From positions 1-64,000 of IMG/VR virus record IMGVR_UViG_3300043409_001462: a stretch of DNA of 64,000 nt; one strand, given 5' to 3'. Under the pieces are notes generated by a model. That model made no database searches and was not told the origin of the DNA. It worked only from the letters and a program-made list of their open reading frames with translations. This DNA is from a virus. Position numbers and translations under genes: made by a program. This document shows positions 16,264-25,013 of the stretch, one piece after another (the first letter of the stretch is position 1; every line of letters begins with the position of its first letter).

Positions 16264-16703
16264 TAAAATTTAATTCCTAATTCTTTTTCGGTAAAGATAC
16301 TAAAAGTCCATTTACGGTCTTCGCAAAACTCTCTTGCTGCTTTCCACTTAGCACTATTTATGCCCCAAGTACAAACCTCATTAATGTATCTTCTTGATTT
16401 GGTTTCTTTAATGACAGGTGGTACTGTTTGATAAGCTGGCTTTACTTCGATTATTTGAACCTCTATTTTGCCGTCAGCTGTATGTTTCTTAACATAGAAA
16501 TCTGGGAAATAGCGATGCACCTTACCATCAACAGGCGATCGATATGGAATACAAAACTCTTCTGACGACCATTGAATAACATGTGGATGATCATCCAGAT
16601 GCATCATTAGCTTTAATTCCCAACGAGATCTATAAATAACATTATTGGGATCGCCTTTGTATTTATGTGGATTTTTGGGTCTAAAATATCCTTTGTATGC
16701 CAT
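16263..16703 (-). CDS. gp4: head completion protein gp4 (TnsA-like nuclease fold)
   Basis: MAYKGYFRPKNPHKYKGD, YRSRWE, WSSEE, HRYFPDF, IEVKP; AAGGA RBS before ATG 16703. Confidence 0.88.
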   Translation of the reverse strand: MAYKGYFRPKNPHKYKGDPNNVIYRSRWELKLMMHLDDHPHVIQWSSEEFCIPYRSPVDGKVHRYFPDFYVKKHTADGKIEVQIIEVKPAYQTVPPVIKETKSRRYINEVCTWGINSAKWKAAREFCEDRKWTFSIFTEKELGIKF

Positions 16704-16715
16704 TCCTTGCACCAT

Positions 16716-16740
16716 AATAAATAGTAAAAAGATATTTATA
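16716..16740. promoter_or_regulatory. opposed T4 late promoters serving the two divergent operons
   Basis: AATAAATA (+, 16716-23) and TATAAATA (-, 16733-40) in the gap between gp4 and gp48. Confidence 0.7.
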
Positions 16741-16750
16741 GGATTAACAT

Positions 16751-17713
16751 ATGTCGATACTAACGACAATCAAAGATAAAGCAGTTCAAGGCGGACAATG
16801 GGTTAAGGCTAATCCTAAAATTGCAATTGGCGCAGGCATGGCTATTGGTGGTGCAGCCATTGTGGGAAATGCATTTCTTAAACCACCAAGAGCTGTATCA
16901 GAGTCAAAATATCTTGGTGATTTGATGTTCCCAGGAGATTTGATTGATTCTTCGGCGAACCGTAATTCATATATTGCTATTCAGTTTCAAAAGTACGAAC
17001 GTCGTTCTATTTTTAATCAACCATTTTTATCTGCAACTGGTGGTATTCGTTTACCTGTACCAAATCAATTAAGTGATAATCAACAAGTAAATTTTGAACC
17101 AGCAGAAGCATCTAGTCCCGCTGTTGGTGCTGGTATCGAACAAGGTTTAAGAGGTGGTAGCGGATTTGTTGGAGGTGGTATTATTTCTGGTATAGCTGCA
17201 AATGTTGGTACAAGAATGGCACAAGCAACAGGCGCAGTAGCATCATCATTAACAGGAGCTAGCACTGCTGAAATGTTACAGCTTGGTGGTCTTGCCCAAA
17301 ACCCATTCCTTACTGTGTTGTTTAAATCACCAAATTTTAAAAAACATCAGTTTTCTTGGAAGCTTGCACCAAACAATGCACAAGAATCAAACACTATTCG
17401 CGATATAGTTAACACATTTAAATCAAACATGCTTCCTGCTATGGCACCAAATGCTGGTGGTACATTGTTAACTTATCCTAACATTGCAATTATCAGTCTT
17501 TATCCAGACGAAACTTTTCTTTATAAATTTAAACCATGCGTTATCGAATCAATGGATGTTAATTACGCTATTGGAGGACAACCTTCATTTTTCAAAGGAA
17601 CTAACGCTCCTACCATTGTAGAAATTAGCATTAATTTACTCGAAATTGAATACTGGTTAAAGGAAGATTACGAAGACAATTCATTCCGTGGTGGAGGATC
17701 TTTCTTTGGCTGA
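16751..17713 (+). CDS. gp48: baseplate tail tube cap gp48
   Basis: NPFLTVLFKSPNFKKHQFSWKLAP, ESNTIRDIVNTFK, CVIESMDVNY. Confidence 0.8.
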   Translation: MSILTTIKDKAVQGGQWVKANPKIAIGAGMAIGGAAIVGNAFLKPPRAVSESKYLGDLMFPGDLIDSSANRNSYIAIQFQKYERRSIFNQPFLSATGGIRLPVPNQLSDNQQVNFEPAEASSPAVGAGIEQGLRGGSGFVGGGIISGIAANVGTRMAQATGAVASSLTGASTAEMLQLGGLAQNPFLTVLFKSPNFKKHQFSWKLAPNNAQESNTIRDIVNTFKSNMLPAMAPNAGGTLLTYPNIAIISLYPDETFLYKFKPCVIESMDVNYAIGGQPSFFKGTNAPTIVEISINLLEIEYWLKEDYEDNSFRGGGSFFG

Positions 17714-18593
17714 GAACTATTTTAAAAAATTCCCTCTTACATATTACAATAATTACCTTGCTGTTGATATAACAAAAAGATCAGCTGTAACTCAGGATGC
17801 GTTTAAAAATCCATATTACTTTTACCCATACGATATTCCACAGGGCGAAAGACCAGATCAGTTTGCAGACAACTACTACAATGATCAGTTTATGGATTGG
17901 GTGTTATATCTTGGGAATAAAACTATAGACCCATATAGCTGGTATATGAGTGAGAATAATTTTAACAATTTTCTCATCAAAAAATACAACGTTAGTATTG
18001 ATGTACTTCAAGATAAAATAGCTTTCTATAGAAATAACTGGTACGAGAAAGAAGAGAAGATATCTGTATCAGAGTATGCTGTATTAGCTAATAATGTTCA
18101 TAGATACTGGCAACCATATTACAACAACAGTACTGCGATATCTGGTTATGAAAGAGTTAAACAAGACTGGATTATCAATACTAATTCTGTGAGAAAATAC
18201 ACAGCTAATAGTTCTTCGTTCGTTAATTTTAAAACAAACGAAATTGTAGATATAACTTTCGATGTATCTAATAAAGGAACAGGGCAGGTTGTTGTAGCTA
18301 ATTCTTCCTCTATCACGCTCCAAAATATATATGGTACTTCTCTTGCTAATAGCACAGTTGTTATTTCTGGAACAAGTTATTTAAAAGGAAGAGAAAGCTC
18401 CGCCAATGCTAAATTTGGCACAGCTTCAAACGTAGTAGATAATATTCCTCTTAATGAAGTAATTTACTGGAGTCCAGTTTCTGTATATGAAGCTGAAAGA
18501 GAAAAAAACGAACAGAAGAAATCTATCAATGTACTTGATAATAGATATTCAATGAGAGTTTCAAGCGAATTAACCAAATTGATGAAAATTTAA
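17706..18593 (+). CDS. gp53: baseplate wedge subunit gp53
   Basis: YFKKFP, GERPDQFADNYY...WVL (LysM-like), YEAEREKNEQKKSI; TTG start after GGAGG. Confidence 0.8.
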   Translation: MAENYFKKFPLTYYNNYLAVDITKRSAVTQDAFKNPYYFYPYDIPQGERPDQFADNYYNDQFMDWVLYLGNKTIDPYSWYMSENNFNNFLIKKYNVSIDVLQDKIAFYRNNWYEKEEKISVSEYAVLANNVHRYWQPYYNNSTAISGYERVKQDWIINTNSVRKYTANSSSFVNFKTNEIVDITFDVSNKGTGQVVVANSSSITLQNIYGTSLANSTVVISGTSYLKGRESSANAKFGTASNVVDNIPLNEVIYWSPVSVYEAEREKNEQKKSINVLDNRYSMRVSSELTKLMKI

Positions 18594-19826
18594 ATGGCTG
18601 ACGGCTACAATCCTGGGGATATCATAATCGATACTTTCTCGCTTTCTTCTCAAAGAGGAAGCTTGAATCTTGCATCATCATTTATATCCGCCTCGATATT
18701 CGAAAGCATATTTACTCCTGGTATTATAGGCGATATTAGTGTTCTTGATACTGATGATCAGTTAGGCAAATTAAAAATAACTGGCGACGAAACTGTTGAA
18801 ATATCTTTTAAAGCTCCTGGTGGCGAATCAGCTAATTACAAATTCGCCTTACATGCGCTCGAGGATGTTAAGTCTGAAGGCACTCAGAAAGCTAAAACGT
18901 ATACACTTAAGGTTGTTTCCGAAGAAGCTCTTCACTCTAAAACTAATTACGTTCAGAAAAGTTTTAACTCTCCAATATCTGATATGGTTAAAGATATCCA
19001 TAAAAACTTTATGAAGAGTGAAAAGCCATTAGAGGTCGAAGATACTAAAGGTAAACAGAAAATAATTATTGGTCATCAAAATCCATATAAAGCGACTGAT
19101 ATTGTTCGTCGTCGTAGTATATCTAATGAAAATAAATCATCTGCTTATGTGTTCTTTGAAACTAGAAATGGTGGTAATCAAACATTTAAATTTACAACAA
19201 TTGAAAAGCTGTTTGGTGAAGAAGCGATTAAAGATTTCCAACAGTCGGATGCAATTAACAGTAGTATTATGAATCAAACTGATAACAATATTATTGCATA
19301 TGAAGTACCTAAACAGTTCTCGTCTACAGAGCGTATTTCAATCGGTGGTAAAACAAGAGTATCAAGTTTCGATATTAGAACACATACTTATAAAACAAAA
19401 GACGTTGATACTGACTCTACTCAATTTAAAATGGGCGGTAAAGGCGATTACGATTCTTCTGAATTTAAATCAAAATACCAACAGCCAAAAATACCAACAC
19501 AGGCAATGATACCAGTCGATACATCACAAAGACCAGTAACTAACATACCAGAGCAAACGGCAGATCAAAAAGCTTTCCTTGCAAGTCTTATGCAAAACGC
19601 TATGAAGATTAGAGTTTATGGAGACGCTAAACTAGCAGCTGGATATACAATAAATGCAGCTATACCAAACAAAGTAAGTACAACTGATAATGGTCAAACT
19701 GATCCTATGTTGTCTGGTAAATTTTTAATTTCTAGAATACATCATCAAATTGGTACTGCAGGAGAGCGTCCTAGATATACCTGCGTTCTAGAACTGTTAA
19801 AAGGTAATCTTGAGGAAGGCGTATAA
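18594..19826 (+). CDS. baseplate hub protein (gp27-like)
   Basis: SIFESIF...GDETVEISF, YVFFET, SGKFLISRIHHQI; lies before gp5. Confidence 0.7.
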   Translation: MADGYNPGDIIIDTFSLSSQRGSLNLASSFISASIFESIFTPGIIGDISVLDTDDQLGKLKITGDETVEISFKAPGGESANYKFALHALEDVKSEGTQKAKTYTLKVVSEEALHSKTNYVQKSFNSPISDMVKDIHKNFMKSEKPLEVEDTKGKQKIIIGHQNPYKATDIVRRRSISNENKSSAYVFFETRNGGNQTFKFTTIEKLFGEEAIKDFQQSDAINSSIMNQTDNNIIAYEVPKQFSSTERISIGGKTRVSSFDIRTHTYKTKDVDTDSTQFKMGGKGDYDSSEFKSKYQQPKIPTQAMIPVDTSQRPVTNIPEQTADQKAFLASLMQNAMKIRVYGDAKLAAGYTINAAIPNKVSTTDNGQTDPMLSGKFLISRIHHQIGTAGERPRYTCVLELLKGNLEEGV

Positions 19827-21562
19827 TGACAGAAAGAGATTTCGGTTCTGGTAAATGGATAGCTGAAGTTGTTAATGTAAAAGATCCAGACCAATCTGGC
19901 AGAGTACAAATACGTATTTTTGGTAGACACGACGATAAAGAAAATATCAAAGACGAAGATCTTCATTGGGCTATACCAATGCAGCCTGTTACTTCTGCTG
20001 CTTATGGTAAAATTGGTATGTCGCCATTAGGATTAGTTAGAGGTTCTAAAGTTTATGGAGAGTGGTTCGACTCAGATAATCAGCTTCCAATTATCTTTGG
20101 TAGTCTTGGTAAAGCTGGTGATCCAAAAGAGGGTGGTGATACAACTGATGGTATACCAGAAATTGATACTAAGAAAGGTAGCATACCTGGTCCTTCTCAA
20201 AACTATAGCGATCCAGTACCGATAAACCCATACAGTAATTTGTTCGGTAGCAAAATCGATATTAACAAAATCAACAACGAAAAAACAGAAGATTTTAAAA
20301 CTATCGCTACTTACACACCTGCAACTGGTATCGTTAATAATGAAAAGGTTGATGAGAAGCTCAAAGAACCAAAGAAACCAACAACAGCTTCTGCTAAAAA
20401 AGATGATACATCCGACGTTCTTGATATTGTAAAACAGGTTGACCCAGACAAGAAAAGCAGAGTATTACCAGAAGCTGCTGACGGGTTCAAACAAGTGCAA
20501 AACATAATGAGTATGACTAGTCCAGGAGGTATCACCAAACTATTAAGTGGTGGTATACAAGGAGCTATTGGTGGACTAGCTAAAAATTTAGGACTGGCTA
20601 ATGTTATGGGTCCGTTAAATCAGGTGCTTAAACAAGCTAACTTACCACCAGTTGTACAAAATGCATTACGTGGTGCATTAGCTAATGTAGCTAAATCTGC
20701 AATGAGTAGTGGTGGTAAATATAATTCTAATGCAATAAGCAATACAATACCAGGTATAAATCCAAGAAGAGGTTCGCCATCTACAAATTTGATAGTAGCT
20801 ACGGTAGCTGCTACATACATACAACAATATTTTGCTCTTGATAAAGAACCATACCCAGGTTATATTCAATGGAAAGATCCTACTTCAGGTAATTTACGTT
20901 ATACTTTAAGAGGTCAAGAACCACACTATTCTTCTGCACAAGCGCACGTTCAAGGAAACTCAGCTGCTCAAATGGTGAAAACCTTAGCTCCAATATTGAC
21001 AAAGCTGACGCAAGGAGGAACATTATCTACTTCTGATATAACTAAATTAGCAACAACTCTAACTAAATCAATGGACGGTGTTGCAGCTGATGGTCTTTCA
21101 AAAGTATTAGGTAAAGGTGTTGATTTAAAATCGATTATAGGAATGGCTAGCAAACTTATACCAAACATAGCTGGCGCTATTGGTAAATTGACTGGTGGTC
21201 ATTTACCTAAATCTGTTTTAGATGTTGGTAAAGTTGGTGAATCTATGAACGATTTTACAAAGAACCAATCATTACTTGCGATGAAAAAGAAAGAGATGAA
21301 AAAAGCTATAGAACCAGAACCACCTGCAGAGCAAGACGCCCAAATACAGGCGTACAATGATTATGTTGCTAAAGGTGATATGTCTATATCAGGCGAAGGT
21401 GGAGCTTTTGGTGCTGCGGCTGATGTTGCTGCAGATAACGCAGCAGCTGCTGGAGCTGGTGCAGCTGCTCCTATGATAACAAATGATACACAAAATATTA
21501 TTGACAATCAACAATCTATTCAAGGTGTTGGTCCGTTAGTTACTGGCTCAGCATTCGGTTAA
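19826..21562 (+). CDS. gp5: baseplate central spike gp5, N-terminal OB-fold part
   Basis: DPDQSGRVQIRIFGRH...LHWAIP...GSKVYGEWFD...QLPIIFGSL; no recognisable T4 lysozyme domain. Confidence 0.75.
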   Translation: MTERDFGSGKWIAEVVNVKDPDQSGRVQIRIFGRHDDKENIKDEDLHWAIPMQPVTSAAYGKIGMSPLGLVRGSKVYGEWFDSDNQLPIIFGSLGKAGDPKEGGDTTDGIPEIDTKKGSIPGPSQNYSDPVPINPYSNLFGSKIDINKINNEKTEDFKTIATYTPATGIVNNEKVDEKLKEPKKPTTASAKKDDTSDVLDIVKQVDPDKKSRVLPEAADGFKQVQNIMSMTSPGGITKLLSGGIQGAIGGLAKNLGLANVMGPLNQVLKQANLPPVVQNALRGALANVAKSAMSSGGKYNSNAISNTIPGINPRRGSPSTNLIVATVAATYIQQYFALDKEPYPGYIQWKDPTSGNLRYTLRGQEPHYSSAQAHVQGNSAAQMVKTLAPILTKLTQGGTLSTSDITKLATTLTKSMDGVAADGLSKVLGKGVDLKSIIGMASKLIPNIAGAIGKLTGGHLPKSVLDVGKVGESMNDFTKNQSLLAMKKKEMKKAIEPEPPAEQDAQIQAYNDYVAKGDMSISGEGGAFGAAADVAADNAAAAGAGAAAPMITNDTQNIIDNQQSIQGVGPLVTGSAFG

Positions 21563-21571
21563 AGGTGGAAT

Positions 21572-22282
21572 ATGGCAACAGAATACGATCCAAATAACGC
21601 CCATCCTAAAATACCTTTCAAAGGTACATATCCTAATCTTTGGGTTACTCAGAGGGCAGATGGTAGTCAAGAAATACGCAGTTTAGAACCAGGTCAAGAA
21701 AGTTTTTTTGTAGTACAACCAACTGGTAATTATACTGGGCATGGTCCTGATGGCGCTGAGATTAAAGTAACAGTTGGTAAACAACACACATACAATGCCG
21801 ATGGTACATCTCAAACAACAGATGGGCATACTGATACGAAAGTGAGTGGATCTAATCGTTCTTCTATCGCAGGTAGTGACCACTCAGAAACAGCAGGAAA
21901 CAAATACTCTGGTGGTGGAGGTGTTTGTGTTGTAGGAACAAAAGGCTCTCAGATAACTCACTCTGACGGCGATGTGTTTCACGTGAGCGAAGGTAATATA
22001 GTTACTGATCATACAGGCTCGGTAAACCATAATTATACTGGTGATTTTGTTGATCAAGTAAATGGTAATAAAGTAAATATGATCAAAGGTGAGTATGGCG
22101 TAAACATATCAGAAGGCAACTATGATGTGCAAGTAGATGCTGGTAAAGCTAGAGTTTGGGCGTCAGATGATATATTAATTGAAAGTATTTCAAAAATAAC
22201 ATTAAAGGTTGGTGGTTCTACTATTGTTATTGAACCTTCAGTAATTACAATTAAGAGCGCTAAGGTGGATATTAATCCATGA
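21572..22282 (+). CDS. gp5 C-terminal beta-helix spike-like protein
   Basis: VxGx repeats, ends ITLKVGGSTIVI...KVDINP; lies upstream of PAAR. Confidence 0.7.
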   Translation: MATEYDPNNAHPKIPFKGTYPNLWVTQRADGSQEIRSLEPGQESFFVVQPTGNYTGHGPDGAEIKVTVGKQHTYNADGTSQTTDGHTDTKVSGSNRSSIAGSDHSETAGNKYSGGGGVCVVGTKGSQITHSDGDVFHVSEGNIVTDHTGSVNHNYTGDFVDQVNGNKVNMIKGEYGVNISEGNYDVQVDAGKARVWASDDILIESISKITLKVGGSTIVIEPSVITIKSAKVDINP

Positions 22283-22476
22283 ACCACGAATTTGTTATAT
22301 TAAACAATAACGTGCTAGAAACTTACACTAAATATGAGGATATACCCGAATCTTTTGATCATGTAATTAAATTTTTGCCTCAGATTCCTGAACCGCCACA
22401 TACAGAAGCTCAACACGAAGAAATAGAGCAATGGAACGATAAGCTTCAAGAGCTTATGAAGAGGGAAAAGAAATAA
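22279..22476 (+). CDS. small conserved hypothetical protein
   Basis: Overlapping start and stop; YEDIPESFDHVIKF...PPHTEAQHEE. Confidence 0.65.
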   Translation: MNHEFVILNNNVLETYTKYEDIPESFDHVIKFLPQIPEPPHTEAQHEEIEQWNDKLQELMKREKK

Positions 22477-22766
22477 TGCCAGCAGCAACAAGAATAGGTG
22501 ATGCAGATGTTGCTCATTGTTCTGGAATGACAAGAGCCCAGGGTTCTCCAAACGTATTCGTTAATAGTATTGCCTGGAGTCGTCAGGGCGACAATAACAC
22601 TGGTCATCTTTTACCTGGTTCGCCTTGTCCTTCTCATGCTGCACCTATAGCTTCTGGATCTTCGACTGTATTTGTTAACGGTAAGGGGGCTGGTCGAGTT
22701 GGTGATGCTATTTCTGGTTGTACTTCAGTAGCAGCTGGTTCTCCAAACGTATTTGCAGGCGGATAA
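22476..22766 (+). CDS. PAAR spike-tip protein (gp5.4-like)
   Basis: MPAATRIGD, GSPNVFVN, GSSTVFVNGKGAGRVGD, His/Cys metal ligands. Confidence 0.9.
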   Translation: MPAATRIGDADVAHCSGMTRAQGSPNVFVNSIAWSRQGDNNTGHLLPGSPCPSHAAPIASGSSTVFVNGKGAGRVGDAISGCTSVAAGSPNVFAGG

Positions 22767-22767
22767 A

Positions 22768-23190
22768 ATGTTAACAACTAGAGCAGACAAATTAACTAAT
22801 ACGATAAAACAAGATTATTTTTCTGATTTTTTAAATGATTTTGACAGTCATCCAATTAATAATTCATTGGCTAAAGTTACTAATGAAAACGCTGTCAAGC
22901 AATCGATTCGAAACTTGATACTTACCAACAGAGGCGAAAGATTATTCCAACCTACAATCGGTTCGGATATCTATCGTTCATTGTTCGAACCAAACGATAC
23001 AGTTACAGCTGAAAATATAACTTTCTTTGTAAGAAGCACTATTTCTCAAAATGAACCAAGAGCTTTGTTATTACAAGTAAATGTTTATCCTAATCCTGAT
23101 AGAAATGCATTTACAGTAAATGTTGTTTTCTCTTTAATAAATAGTAATACACCTATCCAAATATCCGTAATTCTCAAAAGAGTAAGATAA
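22768..23190 (+). CDS. gp25: baseplate wedge subunit gp25
   Basis: AVKQSIRNLILTNRGERLFQPTIGS...LFE...EPR. Confidence 0.9.
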   Translation: MLTTRADKLTNTIKQDYFSDFLNDFDSHPINNSLAKVTNENAVKQSIRNLILTNRGERLFQPTIGSDIYRSLFEPNDTVTAENITFFVRSTISQNEPRALLLQVNVYPNPDRNAFTVNVVFSLINSNTPIQISVILKRVR

Positions 23191-25013
23191 TGGCAAATAG
23201 CTCGTTAAGCCTTGTATCATTAGACTTTGACACTTTAAAGGCAAATTTTAAAACATACCTGAAGTCTCAGAGCGTATTCAGAGATTACGATTTTGAAGGT
23301 TCGAATATCAACGTTCTCCTTGATGTTCTTTCATACAACTCATATTTAAACTCTTTCTACTTAAATATGGCTGTTTCTGAAGGATTTCTTGACTCAGCTC
23401 AGATGATGAGTTCTGTTATTTCACACGCCAAAGAATTAAACTACACTCCAAGATCAGCTAGATCTGCAAAAGCGTTTGTTAATCTTAATATTAGTGTAAC
23501 ATCTGGTACTACTAAAACGATAGAAATTCCAAAGGGTACACAATTTAGTGGACAAAACGCTAATGGATCGTTTGTGTATACTACCGCAGAAACTCATGTG
23601 TTGACATCAACATCTACTGCTTTTTCTATTGCTAATTTGGCTATCTATGAAGGCACATACATAAACGAAACACAAATTATCGATAACTCTATCGAAAATC
23701 AGAAATTTGTATTATCAAATAAAAACGTAGATACAACAAGTATAGCTGTTACTGTTTTAGAAAACGATGGTTTAAATGTATTCGATTATAAACAGGCTAC
23801 AAATTTATATGGTTTAACCAATACTTCTCCTGCATATTTCGTTCAGTGCACTTTAGAAGGTTATTATGAAGTAGTATTTGGTGATGGTGTATTTGGTCGT
23901 ACTCCTCAAAACAACGCTACTGTTCTTATAACATATAGAATAACAAATGGATTAAATGGTAATGGCGTAGGTTCATTTAATGCAGACAGAGACATTGGTG
24001 CATTTAATAATGTACAAGCTACAGTAAGAGTTACAACTGTAAGTGCATCTGTTGATGGTGACGCTATAGAGTCTATTGAATCTATACGTTACAGAGCTCC
24101 TAGACATTATCAAACTCAAGATAGAGCTATTACTACCAATGATTATGCAAATATGATATATGAAAACTATCCAGAAATTAAAGCTGTTAATGTGTTTGGT
24201 GGTGAAACAGTTTCTGGCACCATAGAATATGGTAGAGTGTATATTTCAGCTGTTAGTCGTTCAGGCGCTACTATTACAAATTCTCTTAAGACTGATATTG
24301 TAAATTATATTTCAAATAAAAATTCAATTTCTATAAAGCCAGTAATTATAGATCCTATTTTTTTATACGTTATTCCTTCAATAACAGCCACTGTAAATTT
24401 CAATCAGACTAATCAATCTCCAGCTGATTTAAAAAGCATAGTTTTAAGGGCTGCTGAATCTTTTAATTCTTCTTACCTTCAAAATTTCAATACATCTTTT
24501 AGATTTTCGAAATTTATGAGCGCATTAAATGATGCTGATGCTAGTATTGAAAGTATTCAGGTATATAACGTAATTAAAAAAATAGCAAATCCTGTGTTAA
24601 ATATTAGCACTCCTGTGTCAGTATCATTTAATAACATCATAGTAGCAGGAACTTTGGTAAGTAGTGAATTTCTATTAAATGATGGTAACACATATATTTT
24701 AACTGACTACAATCCAAACAAAAACACATTCGTAAGAACAGGGTTTCAATCTACCTATGATGTTGAAAACACAAACAAAGTCGTTTATCTAAAACAGATA
24801 TCCTCTGCTAATATCCAAAATTATACAGAGGTTGGAGCTATTGATTACGATAGCGGAACTGTAACAGTAAAATCGTTGACTATATCTAATTTCTTAGGGC
24901 AGGTTGGTATTACGTTCTACGCTTCGCCAAAATATGAAGATTTGTATGCTGTAAAAAACGATTTAATTGAAATCGACATGGATAACATTATCATTTCAGT
25001 AGTATCTACATGA
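23190..25013 (+). CDS. gp6: baseplate wedge subunit gp6
   Basis: LDFDTLK...DYDFEGS...LLDVLSYN, FGDGVFG, ESIESIRYRAP...QDRAITTNDY. Confidence 0.9.
   Translation: MANSSLSLVSLDFDTLKANFKTYLKSQSVFRDYDFEGSNINVLLDVLSYNSYLNSFYLNMAVSEGFLDSAQMMSSVISHAKELNYTPRSARSAKAFVNLNISVTSGTTKTIEIPKGTQFSGQNANGSFVYTTAETHVLTSTSTAFSIANLAIYEGTYINETQIIDNSIENQKFVLSNKNVDTTSIAVTVLENDGLNVFDYKQATNLYGLTNTSPAYFVQCTLEGYYEVVFGDGVFGRTPQNNATVLITYRITNGLNGNGVGSFNADRDIGAFNNVQATVRVTTVSASVDGDAIESIESIRYRAPRHYQTQDRAITTNDYANMIYENYPEIKAVNVFGGETVSGTIEYGRVYISAVSRSGATITNSLKTDIVNYISNKNSISIKPVIIDPIFLYVIPSITATVNFNQTNQSPADLKSIVLRAAESFNSSYLQNFNTSFRFSKFMSALNDADASIESIQVYNVIKKIANPVLNISTPVSVSFNNIIVAGTLVSSEFLLNDGNTYILTDYNPNKNTFVRTGFQSTYDVENTNKVVYLKQISSANIQNYTEVGAIDYDSGTVTVKSLTISNFLGQVGITFYASPKYEDLYAVKNDLIEIDMDNIIISVVST

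Noticed and set aside
16263-16703. TnsA transposase or mobile endonuclease
   Set aside because: Motifs and position next to gp2 and gp48 identify it as T4 gp4; no transposon ends or partner genes
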